Shown: piece after piece, positions 21,572 to 30,700 of the stretch
How positions within the stretch are numbered: the stretch's first letter is position 1
Layout: every line of letters begins with the position of its first letter
Origin: Candidatus Poseidoniaceae archaeon
GTDB taxonomy: Archaea > Thermoplasmatota > Poseidoniia > Poseidoniales > Poseidoniaceae
Direction of reading: 5' to 3'
NCBI GenBank assembly: GCA_965662895.1
Contig: CBFIJH010000007.1
Span: forward strand, 1 to 64,000
DNA length: 64,000 nt
The notes under the pieces: generated by a model
What the model saw: only the letters and a program-made list of their open reading frames with translations
The model's database searches: none
Told to the model about the DNA's origin: nothing
Made by a program: the position numbers and the translations under genes

Positions 21572-22567
21572 TTGCAACCATCACATTCGACCAAACTTCT
21601 TTTTCGAGAGATTTTGTTTGCTGGAGGGATGATTTTCGTGCTCATTGCAGCACTGTACGCCCACACCCAATCGATGCCTCCGTTGGTTGTTGTTGAATCC
21701 TCAAGCATGGTACATGAGAGCGAGGGAGAAGTTGGTAGCATCGATGCTGGAGACCTTGTCTTGGTTCACAAATCCTCCTTTGAGAACATTGTAACCTTTG
21801 CAGAAGCAACCGATTCATCAAATCCACATTATGGATACGAATCCCACGGAATGGAAGGTGATGTCGTCATCTACAAGAAAAATGGAGAAACGTCGACCCC
21901 AATTATCCATCGAGCAATTTTGCGAGTCGTTCCGAACGATGTCTATCCCTTCAATACGACCGTTGAACCTTGTCCAAATGGAGGGGTCTATGATTCAGAG
22001 TGGAGCATAAACGGTCGGTCGGGTGCGTGCATCCTAACGTGGGACGTTCCGGGTACGAAGGTCATCAATCAAACCAACATCAGCATCACCTTCGATGGAA
22101 TCGATGCGGGTTATTTTGACTGCAAGCGTTACGTTCATGCTGGAGTGGAACCACATCTTGTTATTCACGAGTGGATTCCAAAACACTCCGGCTTGTTGAC
22201 ACTCGGTGATGCAAACAAGTGTTCCGTCGATCAAGGGCCGGAAGCTGTCAATGGTTCCTCCGGTCTGCGCACGCTTGACGGTTCTGTGCTGGGTCCTGTT
22301 CAGGAAAGTTGGCTTGTTGGTAAGGCTGGAGGCGAAATTCCATGGCTAGGGGCAGTCAAACTCATCGTCAGTGATTCAGGTCCAGGGCTTACCTATGTTC
22401 CTAGTTCGTCGATTATGTACCTCCTTGCCTGCATTGGAGGAATTCTTGTCTTTCCGATGATTGCTGACCCTCTGGTCAATCGAATCTTATCGACATCCCC
22501 AGAAAACATCCAAGCAAAACAAGAGAAAGCCTTCTTGGTGGCTTTGGGCGTTGACGAAGAGGAGTGA
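21572..22567 (+). CDS. Signal peptidase I (S26, archaeal type) with insertion
   Basis: TM then VVVESSSM (Ser), GDLVLV, PIIHRA (His), LTLGDAN, IPWLG; start codon uncertain. Confidence 0.88.
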   Translation: MQPSHSTKLLFREILFAGGMIFVLIAALYAHTQSMPPLVVVESSSMVHESEGEVGSIDAGDLVLVHKSSFENIVTFAEATDSSNPHYGYESHGMEGDVVIYKKNGETSTPIIHRAILRVVPNDVYPFNTTVEPCPNGGVYDSEWSINGRSGACILTWDVPGTKVINQTNISITFDGIDAGYFDCKRYVHAGVEPHLVIHEWIPKHSGLLTLGDANKCSVDQGPEAVNGSSGLRTLDGSVLGPVQESWLVGKAGGEIPWLGAVKLIVSDSGPGLTYVPSSSIMYLLACIGGILVFPMIADPLVNRILSTSPENIQAKQEKAFLVALGVDEEE

Positions 22568-23110
22568 TTATTCCTCACTTTCAGCAACACGCTTGTTGCG
22601 TGCGAGTTCTCGTGCTGCATTGTTGAGACTTCTTTGTGTTGTAGCAAGCATCTCCTTTGCGTACTCAAGGTTTGATTGCTCCAAGTATCGTTCAATGCTG
22701 GCTTTTGAACGTCGAATCGTTGCGAGACGTTGCTCCGAACTTTTTGGTCGTGTTTCGTCGCCTCGTTGCGCCATCAACCACTCTTCAAGCAGTGCTTGCC
22801 CCCATTCGGGTGCACGAAACCGTGCTGAGAGAACGATCTCTGCATGCCTGTGACGGAATCGGACACGAGAATCGCGAGTACGATTGGCTTGAATTGAACC
22901 AGGGTTCCATTGATCAAATGGGATATGCAAATGATTTTTGCATCGCAGGTGATTGTTTTCATCGACGACTGCATCGATGATAAGTGCTCCTCGTTGCAAT
23001 CGAATGAATGCCTGAACGACCTCATCTTCAATCAACCATTCTGCGATTTGGACGGACGGTTGACCCCACTTGTCGCTTGTCCAAGCTTCGATTGCAGCGC
23101 GATGCAGCAT
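22568..23110 (-). CDS. Hypothetical protein with helical C-terminus
   Basis: 180-aa ORF that fills the gap exactly; no recognised motif. Confidence 0.7.
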   Translation of the reverse strand: MLHRAAIEAWTSDKWGQPSVQIAEWLIEDEVVQAFIRLQRGALIIDAVVDENNHLRCKNHLHIPFDQWNPGSIQANRTRDSRVRFRHRHAEIVLSARFRAPEWGQALLEEWLMAQRGDETRPKSSEQRLATIRRSKASIERYLEQSNLEYAKEMLATTQRSLNNAARELARNKRVAESEE

Positions 23111-23197
23111 GAACGTACCTTTCAGTTCCTATTCATGAACCTTCACATTCATGAGATTGTGCATTGATTGAAATGGAAGCAAACCTTCCGACGGATA

Positions 23198-24655
23198 ATG
23201 GCAGCATCATGGGGAGCGGTCGATTTCGACTGGCGCATCATCCCACTCCTGATTTTTGGGTGGTATTTGCTCCTCAAACGATGGGAGCGTAACGGTGTCC
23301 TCGACCGATGGAACGCAACCCGAGTGTTTGGATTTGTCCTCATGGTTCGAACCAAGAAAGGCCTCGATCTTCTTGAAAAGGTTGCGAAGCCTCGTCGTTT
23401 TTGGAGAATTTATGGCGAAATTTCTCTTTGGGTATGCACCTTTGCCATGTTCCTGGTCGCTTTGGTCGTAATTCTCGCTTTTGTCGGAGCGCTGCTTTCT
23501 CCGCCGGATGTCGACCCACCGTCTGCGAGTGAATTGGTTGCCATACCTGGCATCAACCCCGTGATTCCGCTCTGGTGGGGCCTTATCGGTTTCATTGTCG
23601 CTTTGGTAATCCACGAATTTGGTCATGGTTTGTTGGCTCGAGGCCATGGAATGCGTATCCGTTCGTTTGGATTGTTGCAATTGGGGCCGCTACCACTCGG
23701 AGCGTTCGCTGAACCAGAAGGTGAGGAACTGTTCAAGGCACCACGGAGAGAGCGACAGCGAATGTTCGCCGCAGGACCCGCAACAAATCTGTTTGCTTCG
23801 TTCGTTCTCTTGCTGTTGATTGGTGGTATTGCTGGTCAATTTGCCGCTGGTGATCAATCGATACACGTCAAGGGGATCATCAAGGGAGAGGGTGCTGATG
23901 AAGCTGGAATGCTCCCATGGGATACCATCGAGACCATTGGTGGAGAGGACATAGTGGGGCTTGAAGGATTTCGCGATGCGCTTGATCAATACAGTGCAGG
24001 CGATTCGGTCTTAATCGGCGTTCTGCATGATGATGGTACCAGTGAAACGGTGAATGCAACGCTCTCGGACAAGTACGCGTATTACCAAAATCTTGGGTAT
24101 TCCGAAGACCAACTCGATGCACTCTCAGTCAAGCCCGGTGATCCATTTTTGGGTGTTGAAGGACTCTCCTCGAATACAGCCGGCATCGATCGACTCGCAG
24201 GACCGTTGTCTCCGAATGTTGAATATTCCACATTACAGCGAGCCATAATCGCCCCGTTGCATGTTGTGACCATCATGATCATCCCGTTCGAATTCCAGGG
24301 TGTTGCCATGCATCCAAACGAGGAAGCTATGCTTGAAGCGGATGATGCATGGCTCGGCAATTTGATTGGAAAAGAGGGTCTTCTGATTCTGGTCAATCTC
24401 ATGTTTTGGATGATGTGGGTCAATGTCCTTCTTGGATTTACCAATCTCATTCCGATGGTTCCGTTCGATGGAGGTCACATGTTCAAGGACATGGTTCATG
24501 CTGGCTTGTCACGAATTCGTGCTTTTGGACGAAAACTCAAGTTGTGGAATTTTCACCCACTGTGGGTCGATCAACTTTCTCGAAGAGCCAGCAATTTTTC
24601 TTCACTCGGCCTGCTGTTCATTTTGCTCTTCATTCTCGTCATACCGTATTTTTGA
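23198..24655 (+). CDS. Site-2 protease (M50) with PDZ domain
   Basis: HEFGH, GAFAEP, AAGPATN, PDZ-like ADEAGMLPWDTI, NLIPMVPFDGG. Confidence 0.93.
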   Translation: MAASWGAVDFDWRIIPLLIFGWYLLLKRWERNGVLDRWNATRVFGFVLMVRTKKGLDLLEKVAKPRRFWRIYGEISLWVCTFAMFLVALVVILAFVGALLSPPDVDPPSASELVAIPGINPVIPLWWGLIGFIVALVIHEFGHGLLARGHGMRIRSFGLLQLGPLPLGAFAEPEGEELFKAPRRERQRMFAAGPATNLFASFVLLLLIGGIAGQFAAGDQSIHVKGIIKGEGADEAGMLPWDTIETIGGEDIVGLEGFRDALDQYSAGDSVLIGVLHDDGTSETVNATLSDKYAYYQNLGYSEDQLDALSVKPGDPFLGVEGLSSNTAGIDRLAGPLSPNVEYSTLQRAIIAPLHVVTIMIIPFEFQGVAMHPNEEAMLEADDAWLGNLIGKEGLLILVNLMFWMMWVNVLLGFTNLIPMVPFDGGHMFKDMVHAGLSRIRAFGRKLKLWNFHPLWVDQLSRRASNFSSLGLLFILLFILVIPYF

Positions 24656-25294
24656 TTAACGGATGAGTGTACGACGACGTTGAAGTTCATCAAGAATCGA
24701 TTTTTGAACATCTGAAGCGTGTTGCTCATGTTGCTTGTCATTACTCCGCTTTTGGATGAATTCCAGTGTAGGAGAATGCTCATTGTGCTGACAAACGATG
24801 TGAAGAAATTCATTGAGGGGCAATCCTTGATCCCAATCGATGAATGCTCTGTCTTTTCTTGTTCTTGGTAAGGCTGGAATACGACGTGCAAGAACGCGAA
24901 GACTTCCTTCAAGCGTTGAGGTTTCAACTCTGAAGATGCGCCAAGAATCTCCACGCACTCCTTTCAACCGGTGCGCATACAACGGCATTAGGCCACAACG
25001 CTCTCCCTCGTAAACCAGGGCGTTGTATTGGTCAAGGGTGCGTCCGCTCAAGTAAATCTTCTTTGCTTTGGTTGTCTTAACTTCGATAGGAAACGACATA
25101 TCACCTCTCAAAGCGAGCAAATCACCGCTCCCTTCGATGCCAGAACCTGCGGCTCGAACAACGAGAAATGGCCGCTTAAGTACAATCCTCATTCGCTGTT
25201 TTTCTTCAACCGTACAGGATTTGATGACCGCTTCAACACCAGAGGGAATACCAGCGAGAACATAGCGTAATTCGCGCTCGTATTGACTTGTCAT
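24656..25294 (-). CDS. hjc: Archaeal Holliday junction resolvase (Hjc family)
   Basis: YEREL, VRAAGSG, DLLAL..IEVK PD-(D/E)xK motif. Confidence 0.85.
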   Translation of the reverse strand: MTSQYERELRYVLAGIPSGVEAVIKSCTVEEKQRMRIVLKRPFLVVRAAGSGIEGSGDLLALRGDMSFPIEVKTTKAKKIYLSGRTLDQYNALVYEGERCGLMPLYAHRLKGVRGDSWRIFRVETSTLEGSLRVLARRIPALPRTRKDRAFIDWDQGLPLNEFLHIVCQHNEHSPTLEFIQKRSNDKQHEQHASDVQKSILDELQRRRTLIR

Positions 25295-25405
25295 GTGCGT
25301 GGATTGATGTCAACCGCCTTTATTGACTTCGGTGATTTTCCGACATACAACGGTTGTTCCTCCCAAACCAACTGGAGACGGAGGATTATAGAGGACGGGA
25401 GCGTA

Positions 25406-26155
25406 GTGCTCAATGTGCGAAGCATCTTCATTCGAACCAATGATTTCCAGTTAGCATATCGCACCATGGAATTACTCCGTTTACGCAACATCAAATTCAA
25501 GCAACTTTCCCTTGAACAACCGTTGCCAAAAGACGACTCCATTTGGATTGGAACCGTTGATGAGGTTGCAACTCATTTTGCTGATGGCCGACCCATTGCT
25601 GCTGATTTAGATACGATTGAATCGGCTATTGAATCTGCTCTTTTTGCATTGAAAGGCCAAGTCAGAACGCACCGATTTACACTCGGCATTGACACAGGCC
25701 CACGTCCTGGCCTTGCTTGGTTCACGGACGGTGTGTTGATCGATACGAAACAAACGGAATCTGTTGAGGAATGCATCGGCATCATCGACGTTTTGGTCAA
25801 AACGCACGATTTTGAGCATCTTCTGGTTCGTGTCGGAAAAGGTTCACCGTCTCATCGGAACCAACTTGTGAACGCAATATTGCGTCGTGGATACATCGTT
25901 GAGTTGGTTGATGAACGGAAAACATCGAGAGGTTTGAAAAGAAATCAGCACGGTGTCTCAGCAATTCGAATTGCCTCCCTTGCCGGAACACGAGTCTGGG
26001 AACCATTTGTGATTCAACCAACGGAAGGAGAGATACGTGAGATACAGCGGCGGAGTCGAATCAAAAGTCAAGGGCGTGTCACGATTTCATCAGAACTAGC
26101 CAAACAAGTAGCCTCGGGTGAGTTGACGATGTCTGAGGCGATTGAACTTATTTGA
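25406..26155 (+). CDS. YqgF/RuvX-like RNase H-fold protein with extra N- and C-terminal regions
   Basis: LGIDTG..PGLA, VRVGKG, VDERKTS motifs; start uncertain (GTG 25406 or 25415). Confidence 0.65.
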   Translation: MLNVRSIFIRTNDFQLAYRTMELLRLRNIKFKQLSLEQPLPKDDSIWIGTVDEVATHFADGRPIAADLDTIESAIESALFALKGQVRTHRFTLGIDTGPRPGLAWFTDGVLIDTKQTESVEECIGIIDVLVKTHDFEHLLVRVGKGSPSHRNQLVNAILRRGYIVELVDERKTSRGLKRNQHGVSAIRIASLAGTRVWEPFVIQPTEGEIREIQRRSRIKSQGRVTISSELAKQVASGELTMSEAIELI

Positions 26156-26993
26156 TGCGAATCCGATAACGCTCTCTGCCATTCGCATAGAGGACAATGC
26201 TTCCCGTCGAAGAAACTGCAATTGCAACACCTTCCGTTAATTGCGAAATGGCTCGAGCTGCGAGGTGCCGCCCACCTTCACCGGATTTTGGACTCAGGCC
26301 TGATGGAACTTGGATGTAACGTCCTGCATCGCTTGCAATACCCTCTCTATTGAAGAGAATGGCACCATCCAACCAAGCGAATTCGGCCAAAGTTTCGTGA
26401 TTTTCTTTGTTGGTAACATCACGCTTGGTCTCACTGTGTCCCTTAAACGGGTTGAGAACCATCGCTGTTGAATGTCCGCGCATCTTTTGGATGTTGCCTA
26501 TCGCAAACAATGCACCGATTGCTGTACCTTCTCGACCTCTTATACCAATCGCACGCGAAAGTTCAATCAAGCGAATAAGAACCTCAAGTTCAATGTTTTG
26601 CTCTTCAGCAATAGCAGTGAGCCGTTCTGCACCAAGCATTTTGGTGTCAACAATAATGACGCCATCGATTGGTTCGGCAAGGACGACCAACAATCGTCCC
26701 CCTTTTGCAATCCATCGCTCCCCCATCCCTTGGAGAACGAGATCGTACAACTCATTCAGAATGGATAGCCCCTTTGTCGATAAGCCCTCTTCGAGCACTT
26801 GAGCATCAATGTCGTGTTCAACAAGGGCATCACGGACTCGCGTCAAACTTGTCATGACCCTTAGAGGTAAATTGGATGGTAGAACATCAACAATCGAGCG
26901 AACCATGCGACGATCGTTGGAAACCATCAAGACAGCATCAAAGGATGATGCAGACTGAAGGGCGACACTCACCATGTGAGGAAGGTCGCTCAT
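26148..26993 (-). CDS. dacZ: Diadenylate cyclase (DacZ-type, DisA_N domain)
   Basis: GREG..IGALF, LNPFKGH, EFAWLDGA (DGA), GGRHLAA (RHR-like), AIAVSSTG; N-terminal alpha/beta domain. Confidence 0.85.
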   Translation of the reverse strand: MSDLPHMVSVALQSASSFDAVLMVSNDRRMVRSIVDVLPSNLPLRVMTSLTRVRDALVEHDIDAQVLEEGLSTKGLSILNELYDLVLQGMGERWIAKGGRLLVVLAEPIDGVIIVDTKMLGAERLTAIAEEQNIELEVLIRLIELSRAIGIRGREGTAIGALFAIGNIQKMRGHSTAMVLNPFKGHSETKRDVTNKENHETLAEFAWLDGAILFNREGIASDAGRYIQVPSGLSPKSGEGGRHLAARAISQLTEGVAIAVSSTGSIVLYANGRERYRIRIK

Positions 26994-27003
26994 CGTCCTT
27001 GCC

Positions 27004-27630
27004 TCAGTCGTTGGTGGTGTCAATACCTGGTAACAAATCGTTGATTTCTCGGTAGACCGTACGCATGTTGGAGATGAAATTCTTCTCTTTTACAACGATT
27101 GTGAAGGTTTTGACGCCGGGATCCTCCTCGCCATCGAGAAGTCCGAGAAGTGTTTCAAGGGTGAGACGTGCTCCTTCTCTGTGTGGATATGCGAAGACGC
27201 CCATGCTGAGTGGAGGTGAGATGACGTTGTCGATTTGCCCAAGTTCCTTGAGGCGAGCAAAAAGCTTGTAATACGTTTCAGGGAGAAGATCACGACGGTT
27301 TTCGTCCTGATTTGGTCGCCTGCAATCTGGGCCAACAACGTGGATGATGTGCTTGAATCGGTCTGCGAGCGCAAACGGTTCGGTGACAACGTTGTGTGTG
27401 ACAGCACATGGCGGTGCGTTGATCTTCCGCATTTCCAAACATATGTTCCGGGTTGCTTGAGTCAACTCTTGGCCTGCTTTTTGATGTATCATGTTGTCAA
27501 GACCTTCTCTACCTGAGAGCCGATTGTTTGCAGGCGTGATAAGCACATCTCCGGAATGATTCCAAACATCTCCGCCAACGACGCGAAGCGTACCCCATTT
27601 ACAGGTTCGAGCCATGTATAACTCTGCCAT
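27004..27630 (-). CDS. Macro domain protein
   Basis: VVGGDV, DVLITPAN, IHQKAG, HIIHVVGP, PPLSMGVFAYP macrodomain motifs. Confidence 0.88.
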   Translation of the reverse strand: MAELYMARTCKWGTLRVVGGDVWNHSGDVLITPANNRLSGREGLDNMIHQKAGQELTQATRNICLEMRKINAPPCAVTHNVVTEPFALADRFKHIIHVVGPDCRRPNQDENRRDLLPETYYKLFARLKELGQIDNVISPPLSMGVFAYPHREGARLTLETLLGLLDGEEDPGVKTFTIVVKEKNFISNMRTVYREINDLLPGIDTTND

Positions 27631-27757
27631 CAATTGCTCAGAGGAGGCCACCCTTCATATTCTTTCAGTGTTTTTTTCATGAAAATGAGGATTTTGGGCG
27701 AAGAATCTGTGCGCAATCCATCAATACTCCTAAACTACAATTTGCTATGGTCGAACC

Positions 27758-30700
27758 ATGGCAGAAAGAGGAACAAGTTTGTTTCTCGTTACCATCATGC
27801 TCGGTTCGCTATTCAGTATCTTGCCAACGTCATCAATCAACATCCATGAAAAGCACGATTTGGAGCCACCAAGCAATCTCCTCCATGGATTTACAACGGG
27901 CGAAAATTGGTTGAACCTGGACAACGAAACAATTGCAGTCCCAACGGGATTTAACGCTCTTAACGTCTACGACTACAGTGATGTTGGTGTTTTGATCAAC
28001 AACAAATCAGAAGCGAGCAAAACCATTGGTTGGGCTTTTGTTCATGCAAGAAACATTAGCCTTGAGCGTGTTTTCGTCTTCGATTTGGATGGAACACCCA
28101 CTGGAGAAACCATCAATCGAAATCAATTCAATACCTTCTTTGCTTTACCATTCCTTGAGATGCTCAACAATCGAAGCAATGTGTCGGACATGAATTATCT
28201 CGTTACGAGCAAAGGTTTGCCATTGCGAGTAAGCGGTGGACAAAACAAAGCGTCCTTTGACCAAGAATTCGCTTTGCTGGGCGGTTCTTTCAACAGCAGT
28301 ATCGGTGGCGACTATTGGGCAACACATTCCTATGGGCCCCTTTCTGGCGGTGATTTTGAATCCTTTTCAAGGCAAAAACACGGATTCTACCTCGTGACTC
28401 GCCTCACAGGCTATACTGTCGATACTGCACTTAGCCTGATTGAAAAGGCGAACAATAGTCTTGGACAACGCGGCACCTATGTACTGGATTTGGCAACCAA
28501 CCGAAATGGATCGGGCTACAAATTTTGGAACGATGACCTCTATGCCACAAATTCGACACTAACGGAACTGTACAACCAGACTGTATTCTTCGATGAAGAA
28601 ACAGGTTTCGTCACAAATGTCAGCAATGTTATGGGCTATGCCTCTTGGGGTTCAAATGATGGGAACTGGGGTGCAAATTGGGGCAAAAATACCGGATTTG
28701 AAACAGAAGATGCCGCATGGTCGAGTGGTGTTCGACACTGGAATGCAACGATTCCGGCATTATCTTCCGGCGATTCGTTCGCTTGGACTTACCAAACCGA
28801 TGTCAAAAATGCGGGGAGTGCATCGATTGAAGCAACGATGTCAGCATCTTGTTCCGATGAATCCAGCAACGGAACACAGGGTATTTTTGCTGAGTATTTC
28901 GACAATGAAGGCTTGAGTTTTAACACAGGCTCGATGCCCTTACTCATCGACCGCACCCCTGATCATACGCGGATTGAATCGTCTTTGCAGTACGGTTCAA
29001 GCAATTCCGCATACCCTGGTCTCGATGATCGATTCAAGAACAATTGGGGAGCTCGATTTAGCGGCCGAATCAACGTACCTGATAGTGGCAACTGGACCTT
29101 CTATCTTACAAGCGATGATGGCAGTGAAATGTGGCTTGATGGAACAAGTTTGGTGACCAATTATGGGTCACACGGAATGCGTGAAATGTCTGGAACACGC
29201 AACATCTCATCTGGCCCTCATGAATTCAAAATCGAGTTCTTTCAAGGCGGAGGCCCGCATGGATTGAATTTGAAATGGGAGGGGCCAAACCAATCAAAAG
29301 CGATGATTCCTTCCTCAGCGTTTGTTGTTTCCGATGGAACGCCACCATCCGCCTCAACGCTTCTTCACGCTTGGAATTTCGATGAAGGGATAGGAACGGA
29401 ATCCAATGACTCGGTCTTGAACGGGTCAAGTATGACCTTGTACAACATGGACGCAACAAACTGGAGGACGTGTCCAGATGGAGGCTGCCTTTGGTACGAT
29501 GGCGTGGATGATTATGTCGAAGTTGATGTTGATGACTGGGTTGGAAATTTTACCGTGAGTCAATGGGTTTGGGCAAATTCGACAACCTTACCGAACTATG
29601 CTTCAGTTCTCGCAGTTTCGAACAACGCAGGTTCAAACACATCGTTTCAACATGCGATTTTCAATGGGGAATGGCGATTGCACAACAATCAGACGCACAC
29701 CTTTGGCGATATTGAAGCACAACAATGGATGCACCTCGCTACAGTGTTTGATAACGGTTCAGCGCGACAGTACCTCGATGGTGTTCATGTTCGCACGACT
29801 TCCTTCCCAACCGGCTCAGTCAACAACATCGATTTGTTCAAACTCGGTGTGAACAGAGCAGGATCGACGTATTTCGAAGGAATGATCGATAAAGTCATGG
29901 TATGGGAAAGTGTTCTCGACGACGATGAAATCACAATCTTAAGTCGAGACATCTATCGGGATTGTCAAGCGTATTCTGGTTCGGGTGCATCCGGAGCCTC
30001 GCTTGAACAGTTCATTTCCCTTGATCCTGATTTGAGAGAGCATGCTTGGATTCTGTCCCTCGCTGGGAAGCGAAATGGTGACGTGTTTGGAAGCTACACA
30101 ATGATTGTCGAAGGTCTTGATGCTCAGGGAAATGTTCTGTCATCCAACACATCAAATTCGAAAACATTTGAGAACAATTGGGGGACTGCTACAATGCGTT
30201 TCCGACCTCATGAGAACGCTTCATTCCTGCGAATCACAGTCCCACTCAACGTCGTGGCTACATCGACCAGTGGTTCTGTCTTCATCGATAGTTTGAGCCT
30301 GCGAGCCATTCGCCCACACATGTCCTGGATTGACGGTTCAATCGCAGAAACTGCAGTTTCGACAGGAGGGCGTTCGTTCAATCTCGGTACAACATACGGA
30401 CAATCGCTGGTTGCTGATTTACTCGAGGATGGTGTAAGCGGCGTCAAAGGTTACGTGTATGAACCTTATTTGACGGCAGTTGGACAACCGAACATTTTGT
30501 TTCCGATGTATGCTCAAGGCTACAACTTCGCTGAAGCGAACGCAGCTGCAAACAATTACATTTCTTGGATGGGTGTTGTCGTAGGCGATCCGAAAATGGC
30601 TCCCTACATGGATGCGTTGCATGATGTTGAAATTCTAGGCGGGCGTACTGTGAACAATTTCTCTGTCGGACAAACAGGCCACCTCGAAGTCGCACTTCAG

